This document shows positions 9,585 through 20,063 of a stretch of DNA of 64,000 nucleotides, piece by piece (position 1 is the first letter of the stretch; every line of letters starts with the position of its first letter). Origin of the DNA: a virus. The position numbers and the translations under genes were made by a program. The stretch is taken from the IMG/VR virus record IMGVR_UViG_3300037454_000906, positions 1 through 64,000 of that record; one strand, given 5' to 3'. Below the pieces are notes generated by a model that had not been told where the DNA came from, did no database searches, and saw nothing but the letters and a program-made list of their open reading frames with translations.

Positions 9585-12484
9585 TCACTTGTACTTGTTG
9601 GTCAGGATGTAGCAGTACAGATCGAGCAGTTCGTCGGGCACGCTGAATCGAGTGCCGGTGATCTCGATGGTCTCGGGGTCCTTCCCCACGAACACCTCCG
9701 CCGTGTCCGTACCCGGTACATAGGAAGTATCTCCCGGTACCGTCGGCCTGCCGCAAATTGTGTCGAGGATGTCGCACGAGCTCACGTTGATGGTCTCGCG
9801 GTCCCCCGGCACGTATTCCAGGCGGGTGATTGCGCAGAGCTCCACGCTCTTCTTTACCCCGTCTCTCTGTGTCCACGCCATTATCATGAGGCTACCCCGA
9901 GACACGTGACCGGAATGCCGTCGATATCCATGGAGCACTTGGCGAACGGGGTCTTGAAGAACACACGCTGGGCGAAACGCTTGTCCTTGTCAAAGAAGCT
10001 GTCCCCGACGAACAGATCCACTCGGTTGCCGGTTGCGGAAAGCACGCCGAAAACCCTGTATGCGCAAGAAGAAACCGTCGGGTTGGCCTCCCGGGTTTCC
10101 TCCTTTCTCAGTATGGGGTCTCTGAATGTGATGGTCATTTCTTTCTCCTCGTTCGTTTCGGTCTTCCGCCGGTCCCCACCGGGCGTGGGATGCGTGGCGC
10201 ACGGCTGGGTTTCTTGGGTCGTTCCGGGGTATCCGGTATCTTCATCGCCTCCGTCGCCAGGGCCTTGACCCGCATGGCCGCAAGGGCGTATTCCTCGGGA
10301 TCCGTCACGATGGCGTATTGTGCCCGGGTGCCGCAGTCGGACACGATGATGTGCGAAGGCGACAGTTCCAGCACGTTACCGTACCTGATTGATACCGAGC
10401 TGGCCTGGATGGTGTCGCCGCCGATTCGGTTGTACTTTCCGAGGCGGATGCCGAATAGCTTCACCAGGGTATCGAAGTCGTTGCGGTCCCATTCGGCTCC
10501 CTTGATGAACATGTAGTCGAATGAGTTCCTGATGCCCGTCGGGAACTTGATGCACTTCCCGGCGAGTCCGGCGAAGAACTTGTCGTACCGTATCGACGTG
10601 TCCATCGATGCGCTCTTGTACATATCCTCGTTTGCCGTGCGGATAATGCGGTTGCACGCTTCGATGGCCTGTTCCATGGTGGCCGGGGTCCATGAGGATA
10701 ACTTCATGAACATGTCGGCTACGGCGGGGCTCAAAGGGGTCTGGGCGGGGGGTGGTGTCCTTGTGTCTACCTGTCTTCGCATCAATTTACTCCGTTGGAG
10801 GTGAGTACCGGCTCGGCGTATTCCGGCCCGTAGTTGTCCCCGTTCGCCGCGGCATACAGCATGGCCCGACGGTTGTCCTGGGATGCCTTATCGGCTTCCC
10901 TCTGCCGTTCAACCATGGCGACATACTTTTCCGATGCCGACACGACCGGGCCAAGGTATTCGAGTATCCACCGGGTTGCTTCGCGCGTGCTCGCGAAGTA
11001 CCTGCGGCCCCTGGAATCGACGTAGGAACCGTCGAGGGGAACCTTGTCGCCGAGCTTCGACGGGTCCAGCCAGGTGACTCCAAGACGGTGGTCGAATGTC
11101 GGCCTGGCCGAACCGCAGTTCCTGACTGTCGCCTTAAGGAGGGAATCGACGGCGAGAACCATGCCATCGTTGGTGGGAATGGCTCCCTCCGTCAAGTCAA
11201 TGGCGGTCTCGCCTGGGCGAATGCGCATGAAATGGGGCACCCCTGCCCGGTCATGCACATTGAAGGTAGATTCGCCCAGACGGGAAATCACGCCAATGAA
11301 GTACCTGGTGGACCCGGCCATCTTGAACAGTTTGATCCTTACAGCCGTCATTCCCCATCCTTGATGTTGAATTCGAGGCCCGGGTGCAGTTCCATTGCAC
11401 GGACCTTGATGCGGTGGACAATCTCCGCGGGCAGTGATGCCCATTCGAGCATGCGCATGCGCTTGGCATGGAACTCGACGATCCAATCAAGGAATTCCGG
11501 CTTGTACGAGTTCCACGGCTTCTTCGGGATTTCCCCGCCGATCAGCACGTTGTACCTGCAGACTATGTCCACGGACCCGGTATACACCGTCTCGGTACAT
11601 GAGAACAACTGCCTGCTGTTGTTTCGGCACGGGTACCTTAATATGTTCTTGTATTTCCACATTATGGCTATTTCCTCTTTGGCTGTACGGTCAGTTTTCG
11701 GGCACCACCCTGGACGGGATGCCCCTTACGCGACGGGGGTGCGAACAGGGCGTCCACCAGTTTTACCAGGCCCGGGATGACCACGCTGTCGATGCGGGTT
11801 CTTTCGCTTTCCTTCCCCGGGCCAATGCCCGAGTTGAGGACCTCGGCTTCGCCGGGCACCGTACTTAAACCAGTGTTTCCGCGATGCATGGTCCAGGCAT
11901 ATCTCGCTGATAGGATGATTGCGCGCATGAGCTCGATGAACTTGTAGCGAATCGACTCGTCGATGACATCCTCGAATGCCGATTGTGCGGTCAGGATCTC
12001 ATTGGCCATCACTGAGCAGAATATCGCGGTACCCTTCCCGGGGCGGCTGCCTTTGTCGAAGTGGTATACCATGGCCACTTCCCAGTAACCGTTTGGGGCC
12101 ATACGGGGCTTTTCCATCCACATGTTGTTACCGGCCCGGTCGGTTCCGAGCTTCCAGTAGTTCTTGGGAATGTCGGTGGAAATCACCGTGCCCTTACGTT
12201 CTTGCGTTCTTTGCATTTCGCATCCTCAAGTTGCTGTTGATGGACAGTGCGGGGAGCTCGTATGCCAGCACGAAGTCCATCACGTCCATGCAGTGCCCGT
12301 ATATCGACAGGAACGAGACGGTAGCCGCCGAGTCCGGGTTGTCGCGAATACTGTCCCAAATACGACCGTAAACGCCGCCAAAGGTGCTGGCCGCGTCACG
12401 AACAATGTTAACAAGTCTTTCAAGTGTCTGCTTTTCCATAACTGAATACACCTCCATGGCCAAATGTAGCATAACATTCGGCAC
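9585..12484 (-). CDS. Block of hypothetical ORFs: 9585..9938, 9884..10138, 10135..10785, 10782..~11349, 11348..11662, 11668..12216, 12194..12484
   Basis: Contiguous, overlapping co-directional ORFs; no recognisable motifs. Confidence 0.55.
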
Positions 12485-12554
12485 GTGGCAACAAGATATC
12501 CTCCCGGGCCATAAGGATGAAAGAAGGAATGTTACTGGGGCCCGGGAGGACAGT

Positions 12555-13187
12555 TCATCGTCGGGCGGGCCCGCCGGTGCGTTCGCCGTGCACGCTCCCG
12601 GGTCGTTCCCATGAGTCCCACCCGCTTCCCGGCCTCCTGGCGAGCCAGTTGTACGTGTCCCGGTACCTCACCTGGTCCTCGAACTTCTTATCGAACCGAT
12701 CGAGCACGCGCGGGGCATTGGACAGGTGCTGCCTGATGGGCACGCCATCCTCATAGTAGATAGTCTGATTCTCCCCCGGCTTGAACCAATATTCCCCGAC
12801 CACGGTGAACCCCCCATCGACGGTTGCCAGGATGTCCGGGCAGTCTTCGCGCAGCACGTCGTTCGACATGAAATGCCCGCCGTTGTCCGGGAAGGCCCAG
12901 TCGTAGGCACAGTGCAGCCCGATTATCTTGCCATTGTTCTCCATGGCGGTAGCGTCTGCCAAGTGAAGAATGAGGATGTCGCTACACGTACCCTCCCGGT
13001 TGGGAGGAAGGACGATCTGTCCCGTGTACACGCACGCGGGCACCCCCTCGACGCGCACCAGAGTCCCCTGCTTGTTCCATGCCGTGTTGTGGATGGCGGC
13101 GGACTGCGCGAACTTCCATGTGCCTTCGGGGCTGCGGGCGAACGAGCAGGAAACGAGTACGAGCAATATGAAAACGAGTCTTGCCAT
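12555..13187 (-). CDS. Putative secreted protein or lipoprotein (210 aa)
   Basis: GGAGG RBS; MARLVFILLVLVSC has a basic residue, a hydrophobic core and an LVSC lipobox-like motif. Confidence 0.6.
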   Translation of the reverse strand: MARLVFILLVLVSCSFARSPEGTWKFAQSAAIHNTAWNKQGTLVRVEGVPACVYTGQIVLPPNREGTCSDILILHLADATAMENNGKIIGLHCAYDWAFPDNGGHFMSNDVLREDCPDILATVDGGFTVVGEYWFKPGENQTIYYEDGVPIRQHLSNAPRVLDRFDKKFEDQVRYRDTYNWLARRPGSGWDSWERPGSVHGERTGGPARR

Positions 13188-13195
13188 GCGTCCTC

Positions 13196-14373
13196 CTACA
13201 CCTTCTCGGCTGTCCGGTGGAAATAGCGGGGCGGCGCATCGGAGCCAAGGATCCTGACCTTCAGGAACTTGTTGTCGAGGCGGCGGGGCGCCCATTCCTC
13301 TACCTGGCGGTAGATTTCCTCGGAACAGATACTGAACATCTTATCCGTTTCGGGGGAATAGCGGTTGATGTTGAGGGCCACCCCGTCGTTACTGCGTTCG
13401 GAGGTCACAGTGTCGTGGGCCGTGATGATGGCCACGGCGCATTCCTGGTTGTTCTCCGCCGTTTTACCGAGAAAGTTCACCACCTTGCGGATGACTTCCC
13501 CGCGCATTCCCTTGGATTCCTTGTAGGCGGGAATGTTGTACCTTTTGATTCGTCTGTTCATTGCCAACACCTCCTATGTGGCCATGGTTGTGGACGGGAC
13601 GGCCATCAGCTTGCTGATGAGGCCATCCACCTTGTAGAAATGGTACGGGCCGTACTGGCCGTTATCGATACGGTACTTGCCGGCCTTGCCGTCAGCGGAA
13701 CGGAAAGTGACGAATGTCGCGTCGCCTTCGCGCTTCGCTCGGATCACCTTCGTGACCCGACCGCCATCGGACAAGATGGTTTCACGTACCTTGCCGATGA
13801 CGTATTCGATGTCGTAGTTCTTGGTCACCCTGTACTTAGTGAACATAGCGGCCTCCTCCAAAAACAAAATTTAAAAATCAGGTCTGCGACCTAGAAGCAA
13901 ACGTCGGTGGTGAGTCGGATCTCGGTCGGGTTGAGTGCGCAGACGGCATTCTTCCCTACGTTGTTGAATTTGACATCATAGTAGTTGGTGGGTAGCCCGA
14001 AACGGAACTTGGCGCCGTCATCGGTGCATTCGTAACCGATGTTCAACCAGATCTTTTTGTTGAAAGCTGCCGCTTTTACTGCGGCAAGGGCCTTGGCGAG
14101 TTTCAACAATGCGTCAGGCACCCTCGCATTGAACTTGAACACTTCCTTTACGTTCCGCTTTACGCTCATAGTTGCGTTATCGTAGCCCGGGTACTTGAGA
14201 CAATCATCCACGGACAGTGCGGCCAGGCCGTAGTCATCCGGACAGTTTAGCTTGGTCTCGCTGAGCACCTTCTGGAATTTCCTGTACTGCACGGGAACCA
14301 GTTTCTTTACGCAATCGGAGTCGATTACTAGGTCGGCTTGGTTGTTGATGGGATATTCCTTGGTTTTGGACAT
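13196..14373 (-). CDS. Three hypothetical ORFs: 13196..13561, 13574..13846, 13891..14373
   Basis: Each has a clear GGAG(G) RBS 5-8 nt from the ATG. Confidence 0.7.
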
Positions 14374-14439
14374 GGTTGTCTCCTTGCGGATGGTGATTTG
14401 CGACACACGGTGATGCCCGTCATGTCGGGGTAAAATGTC

Positions 14440-14468
14440 TTTACAATGGCTTGCAGATAAGCTATATT
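14440..14468 (+). promoter_or_regulatory. Sigma70-type promoter driving a plus-strand small ORF
   Basis: TTTACA (14440-14445), 17 nt, TATATT (14463-14468). Confidence 0.65.
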
Positions 14469-14514
14469 TATGAGGAAACTCGCCAGCACTTAGTTCATAG
14501 AGGAGGGCTCTACC

Positions 14515-14673
14515 ATGATGGGCGAAACCAGTTCGGTAACGAAATTGTACCTTGCGCAGTTTGCTGGCAATGCGGGTTGCATGCCCGGCGACATGTTCAG
14601 CAACGGGTACCTGGTGGCCCTCATACTGGTCGGGGCGCTCATCCTGCTGGGGCTGGTCCTCGACGTACTCTAG
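14515..14673 (+). CDS. Small membrane peptide (52 aa), below the ORF-track cutoff
   Basis: AGAGGAGG RBS; MMGETSSVTKLYLAQFAGNAGCMPGDMFSNGYLVALILVGALILLGLVLDVL*; C-terminal hydrophobic helix; stop overlaps the stop of 14670..14927(-). Confidence 0.65.
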   Translation: MMGETSSVTKLYLAQFAGNAGCMPGDMFSNGYLVALILVGALILLGLVLDVL

Positions 14674-14927
14674 CTTGCCGGAACATACGGCAGTTCGTCG
14701 ATATCGACCACAGTCTCCTCCCCTGTCCACACGGGACCATTGGGAAACCGATCAAACTCCTCCTGGGTATACTGGAACCCCCATTCCTTGCCGAACTTGG
14801 CTTCCATTAGGGCCCTGGCTCTTTCCCTGGAATCGTCTCCGGGAGGAACGGACACCCTGCAGAATGTCTTCCCGTAGGCCGGATGGGTAAACGAGAAGTT
14901 GAAGTAGTAATTCACCGTGCTTGCCAT
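14670..14927 (-). CDS. Hypothetical protein (85 aa)
   Basis: AAGGAGG RBS; preceded by a copy of the hairpin repeat. Confidence 0.65.
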   Translation of the reverse strand: MASTVNYYFNFSFTHPAYGKTFCRVSVPPGDDSRERARALMEAKFGKEWGFQYTQEEFDRFPNGPVWTGEETVVDIDELPYVPAS

Positions 14928-15046
14928 CGTAGCCTCCTTTGCACGCCGCCAGGTTGCGCTCCCGGACTCCACCGATTGTGGGATGCCGGTTACATGGATG
15001 AAAATGGGCGCGAGTGACTCGCGCCCATAAGTGTTCGGTAAGGTTC

Positions 15047-15886
15047 CTACTTGTCCTCGTCCCTGGCGAATATCTCGCCCCCATTGCTCCTGAGCGCACG
15101 TTCCGCGCCCGTTTCGGGAGGGGGGTTCATGAACAGGCCGTAGTTCTCGTCCTTCTTCTCCGGCTCCATGATGTAGCTGAAGCGTTTCAGACGTTCGGGG
15201 TGCGCCTCGTCGGGGTGCTTGGTCTTGATCATCGAGGTAAACGCCTGCTTGCCGAGGTCGTTCTTCGCGGGGGGATCGTCGGTGAACACCCCGTATTCGG
15301 TGAACGGTTTACCTTCTCGGTCAACGTACTCGGGTTTCTTGCCGGGCTCCTTGATCAGGACACAGTCCTGGTCGTACTTGCCGCACATTTCGATGGCGAA
15401 GTTGCGCAGCTCGTCCATGGGGACAATGGAACCGTCGGGCTTCTTGCTCGGGATGACGAACGATGTCTCGTAGTTGCCATAGTGGCCGTCGAGCTCGCGG
15501 AAACCGCCATATACGGTGAAGTAGGAATATCCGCGGGACCGTATGTCCTCGATAAGGCCCTTACGGGTCACGTAGTTGCCCATTGCGCCCCGGCTCCCGC
15601 GGTCGGAACTGATGATGACCATGCCGTTCTCGCCGTGGTAGTTCACTACGCGATCCAGGGTGGATTCGGTCAGCACCTGGAGGGGGCGGCGGTTCGCCAT
15701 GAAGCCATAGAGGCGCATGGGCGTGGATGCCATCATAGTGTCGATCGATTCGTTGAGGCTGGACAGGGAACCGGACGAAAGGGCCCGTGCGGCCTCGCCA
15801 GCCTCCATGAGCCCCAGAGTGGCGGCTGCCTGGGCGGCTGCCTCGACCATCGCTGTCCCTATGTTCTTGTCAATGTCACTATTCAT
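15047..15886 (-). CDS. Conserved phage-type hypothetical protein (279 aa)
   Basis: ESTLDRV..H...GMVIIS.DR...DIRSRGYSY..VYGGF.E...E.SF...GKYDQDCVL pattern resembles a large-phage family from memory (unverified). Confidence 0.6.
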   Translation of the reverse strand: MNSDIDKNIGTAMVEAAAQAAATLGLMEAGEAARALSSGSLSSLNESIDTMMASTPMRLYGFMANRRPLQVLTESTLDRVVNYHGENGMVIISSDRGSRGAMGNYVTRKGLIEDIRSRGYSYFTVYGGFRELDGHYGNYETSFVIPSKKPDGSIVPMDELRNFAIEMCGKYDQDCVLIKEPGKKPEYVDREGKPFTEYGVFTDDPPAKNDLGKQAFTSMIKTKHPDEAHPERLKRFSYIMEPEKKDENYGLFMNPPPETGAERALRSNGGEIFARDEDK

Positions 15887-16002
15887 GCGAAAACTCCTGT
15901 GTTGCTTGTTTGGGCGACAGTATGACAAATGTAGCAAACTGTCGGGCAAGTGGCAACAACAGTTTATATACGGCGGAAATGGCTTCCCGCCTATCTTCAA
16001 GT

Positions 16003-17828
16003 TCATAATTCGTATAGGAAAACTGCCTTGGCCGTATCGCGAATCCACCGTAATGCCCTGCGCCACCAGATGTTTTGCCTCCGCTCCTCTTCAGCTTGCT
16101 TGCGGACTTCCTCCGGGTGCTCGGCTTCCCACTTTTTGCGATCCGCCTCTGCTTTGGCCCGGCATTCATCCCATATTCGGCTGGTTTCCACGCTATACTT
16201 ATCGTCGCGCCAGTTGAGCCATGCATCGTTTGGGTTGGTCACGTCACGATACCATACGATGTCGCTCCACCCGTGGTCATGCGGCAGCTCGCCGTTGAAC
16301 CCGAGGTACCACTTTCCATCTTTGACATATAGGTACATGGCGCATGTGCGTTTGGACATTGACACCTGGGCGTACGACACGGAGAACATGAAGCCACCCT
16401 CCGAGTCCTTGCGCACAGCAATGTTTGAGCTTCCCTCGAGGAAGCACGCTACATGGCGAAATCCGAGCGCGACCAGGAACGATACTTCTTCCGACATACC
16501 CAGGCCATGCGAAATCAGGGTGGTAGCCGAGTCGAACAGGAAGTTGGTGGTATACTTGGACCATGTATCCTTACGGATCATTGTTCCGTATTCCTGCCTC
16601 TCTACGGCAGTAATCGATTCGTCGTTGCCGGGAATGACCGTAAACCCGGTGTGCTTGTTAGTTTGCTGTTCCATTGGCGTCCTTCGTGTCCGTGGGTTCA
16701 TTCAAGTGGTCCGATAGCGGGCGTACTTTCATTTCGATGCGCTCCTTGCTGGTGTCGTAGATGCCAAACGTGACGCCCACCTTTTCTTCGCCGATTTCCT
16801 TTTCCTTTGAGCACAGTGTATTGATTGCTTCCAGGATGGCCGGATTGCTGGCAGATACGTGGATTGTGTGCGTACAGGTTTCATGGTAAAATTTGATTGC
16901 GATGTAGCACAAAGCTCCCCACATGCCCATCATGCACCGGTTCAGTACCTGCCACCCCAGTCCGAACGTGCTGTCGGCGATAGAGAGGCATATTAGTCCG
17001 GTAGTGAGTGCCAGGAGTATAACCAGCAGGACAACAAGGGACATGAAAGGGTGCTTGCTATATAACCGGGCGACCAGTCTGCCCGTCCCGGATAGCCACA
17101 GGCGAGCCGTCTTGAATACGGTGGTGCCACTTGCACGGTAATCGGCAACGAGATACAGGGTGCTAATGTAGCCGAGGGACCCGCATGCGATACATATGGC
17201 CGCGTACGAGACGAGGAACGGCTTGTCTTGGATACACGGGATGTATCCGGTGATAATGATGAACAGTGCTAGGGCGACTTCCGCCAGGATGGTCACTATT
17301 CGAGTGCGCGACGGATAGCGTTTCAGGTCGGATACCATGCGGTCGTCCGGCCAATCAAGGATTTGTAAAATTTTGGATACCATTGATAATACCTCTCTGT
17401 TTGTTTATGCGCCGCCGCGAACGGGATGTGATCGCCATTCGTAGCGGAAATTCGACTGTTTAACCCATGGTGAACCCGACGGTCCCGCGCAGCGACTTGG
17501 GGCGCTTCATGCGCACGTATGTCCCCCCATCGTGATTCTGGTTGTCTTTCCAGCGATAGAAGCGTACCGCTTTGTCGGTGTCATCGAGAAGCATGGCCCC
17601 ATATGGTCCCTCCGGTACGCACTCAATCAGCGCATGGGGATAATACGGGAGGCATTTCGGCACGTAGTCGCAGATGACTGACGCATTGAGTTTCATACTC
17701 TTTTCCGCGTCCTCGAACGTCTGGTACCATCCGATGGTGCGTTCTTCCATGGAAGGATGCTCCTCGCTACGTTCAAGATATCGAATCACTTGGAGTACAT
17801 AGATACACTTGGGTTTCTTCCGCCTCAT
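16003..17828 (-). CDS. Three ORFs: 16003..16674, 16658..17383 (multi-pass membrane protein), 17460..17828
   Basis: RBS-supported; 16658..17383 has about four hydrophobic segments. Confidence 0.65.
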
Positions 17829-17855
17829 GATAACCTCGAAAAAATGAAAAAATAA

Positions 17856-17930
17856 TCGTACCGGGGAGATTCGAACTCGCCAACCTCTGCCTTCGGAGAG
17901 CAGCGCTCTATCCAGTTGAGCTACGGTACG
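17856..17930 (-). tRNA. tRNA-Arg(CCG)
   Basis: Acceptor CGTACCG/CGGTACG; D arm GCTC-AACTGGATA-GAGC; anticodon stem CTGCT/GGCAG with loop CT-CCG-AA; TTCGAAT loop with one C:C mismatch in the T stem; CCA not encoded. Confidence 0.88.
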
Positions 17931-17938
17931 CAAAGTTG

Positions 17939-18385
17939 TCAGCGCATCCTCGGGTCCACGAATTCTTCCTGCTCGACCAGGTCATCGGACTTGAACGGGT
18001 TTAAAGGATTCTGGACCATGACCTTGATGGGCACCTTATTTCCGCCATATTCGAGCCAGACGCAGAACAGCCTGCCGCATTTCACCTGTTTCCAGGCGAT
18101 CGCCATCTCGGATCCCTTGCAGGGGCATTCTTTTCGGCGCATGATATGGTCTCGGCTCCACTTCACGTAGTCGGGATCATCGTCACATTCCTTGTAGATG
18201 TCGTTCCTGTCCTCGTCGCGCTTACCGGTGTTGACCATCCTGGGTGCGGTAAGGTTGATGTACTCGCGGAACGTGGCATCAACTGCGGGCAACACCAGGG
18301 AATAACCGTCGGGGCCTATCTTGATGTATGCGCCCGCGAGGGCTTCCTCAATGGGCATATACGTGGCATTGGTCTCTTCGCTCAT
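17939..18385 (-). CDS. Hypothetical protein (148 aa)
   Basis: AAAGGAG RBS; TATATT -10 upstream. Confidence 0.7.
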   Translation of the reverse strand: MSEETNATYMPIEEALAGAYIKIGPDGYSLVLPAVDATFREYINLTAPRMVNTGKRDEDRNDIYKECDDDPDYVKWSRDHIMRRKECPCKGSEMAIAWKQVKCGRLFCVWLEYGGNKVPIKVMVQNPLNPFKSDDLVEQEEFVDPRMR

Positions 18386-18429
18386 GGTGTATCTCCTTTC
18401 GTCGAAATATAGCACGCTTCGGTGCATCT

Positions 18430-19887
18430 GTGAACTACCCACCGCCTAAAGAGCTTCGGTTCTTGCCATCGACACCGAGTCTTGCCTGTATGCAATCGGA
18501 TTGCAAATCGGTATAGGACCTAGCTCCGGCGAGGCTTGTTCCAAGCACTCAGCTCTTTTTGACGAGCCAATCATCAAGACCACGCGAGCAGAATGGATAT
18601 CCCTATCCATGGTATAGCCACAGCCGCACTTGTAGATACGGTCGGCTAGAGTAGGATGGTTGATGCATCCACAAACTGGACATAACTTGGTAGTCGGTTC
18701 CCACTTGGAAATCTTGAAGCTACGGCCACTTGTTTCCAATGCAACTAGCCTCTGCTTCAATGCACCAAGACAGGAGGACTGCACTTGCTTACCGAACAAT
18801 CCCTTATGCCAGTTCTTAATCTGCTCGTCTTGAAAGTATATAACATCATAGTCGGTTACCAACTTGTGGTAGATTTTATTGGCCATATCCTTGCGGACAT
18901 TGGCAATATGCTCGTACTCACGCTTCAGTTGACGAAGACACCTGTAATACCGCTTCGACCCCTTCTCGTTCTTTTTCTTCCCTCTACGGTTCAGTTTCCG
19001 TGACAGGAATTTCAGGCGGTCCGTTTCTCGCACATTACACTTGTACTTGTCACCGTATGATGTCGTTATGGAATCCTTTATTCCGAAGTCGAGACCAACG
19101 TTACGGTTGGTAGGAATCCTCCTCTCCTTCGGTAGCATTACGCTAATCTTTACGTAGTAGCCAGACGCCTTGCGGATTAGCTTGGCATCGGCAAGTTCAA
19201 ACTTATCGAATTGATGCAACTGGTTCAGACCATGAACTCGCAACTTGCGGAACCCGGGAATGGTTATCCGACAACCATCCAATATCTGCGTAAAACCGGT
19301 AATTATCGGAAGGCAGTTCACTTGCGACTTGAACTTCAATGCACCGACCTTGACACCTTTCTTCTTTGCCTTGGCAAGGTTGACAATGTCCGTCTTTTTC
19401 TGTGCCACCGTTGCCCTATGAAGAACCGATGGCAATGTAACTGTATCCGTTATCGGGTTCTTGTCCTTGTCGTAGTGGACTACATCCTTGTGGTCGGTGT
19501 ACTTGTAGTCGAACATGCTATTGTCTGGGTTGCCCTTGGACAACGACAGCATGTCGTTGATTACCCACTTCGCCTCCTTGAAGCATTGTGCCAGCTTCTG
19601 GAAGGTCTCTTTCGGGTTGTGTCGTATGGACACTTTAAGCTCGAATACACGGCAGACTTGGGTCTGCCGTCTGGCCTTCGTCGCGGACATGCTTGCCCGT
19701 ATCTTGGCCTTCGTATCTTCGCTTCTTACAAGTTCCATATCTAGTTTCTTGACTTCAATTAAAGTTTATAATATCTTAACTCAAATATAATATGTTTTAA
19801 CGGCTTAGAATGTTATTTATTTCTTACATTATTTATCGGCGGGTCTTACCCACGCCTTAAAGGGCGTGAGTTTGTGACCGCCTAGTT
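18430..19887 (-). mobile_element. IS200/IS605-family element carrying tnpB only (IS1341-like)
   Basis: Left end follows TTGAC (19892-19888) and has hairpin CTCACGCCCTTTAAGGCGTGGG; right end ...GGCGGTGGGTAGTTCAC ends at 18430; no tnpA inside. Confidence 0.85.
18446..19738 (-). CDS. tnpB: TnpB RNA-guided endonuclease (430 aa)
   Basis: RuvC-I VGLDFGIKD, RuvC-II region YFQDEQI, zinc finger CPVCG/CGCG, RuvC-III DRDIHSA; tail runs into the right end. Confidence 0.9.
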   Translation of the reverse strand: MELVRSEDTKAKIRASMSATKARRQTQVCRVFELKVSIRHNPKETFQKLAQCFKEAKWVINDMLSLSKGNPDNSMFDYKYTDHKDVVHYDKDKNPITDTVTLPSVLHRATVAQKKTDIVNLAKAKKKGVKVGALKFKSQVNCLPIITGFTQILDGCRITIPGFRKLRVHGLNQLHQFDKFELADAKLIRKASGYYVKISVMLPKERRIPTNRNVGLDFGIKDSITTSYGDKYKCNVRETDRLKFLSRKLNRRGKKKNEKGSKRYYRCLRQLKREYEHIANVRKDMANKIYHKLVTDYDVIYFQDEQIKNWHKGLFGKQVQSSCLGALKQRLVALETSGRSFKISKWEPTTKLCPVCGCINHPTLADRIYKCGCGYTMDRDIHSARVVLMIGSSKRAECLEQASPELGPIPICNPIAYRQDSVSMARTEAL

Positions 19888-20063
19888 GTCAACCAACAAG
19901 GTATATTGCCGACCACCATCAGGTCGGTGGGCGGCAATACACGGGTGGCAATGGTGCGACAGGTGCACTTATGTGCACCTGCCCGGCGGATGCAGGTGTG
20001 TAATACCTGGTTTGGGGCGGCATCCGTCGGCATGCGGTTCGATAGACCGTCTCCCCGCAAGCG

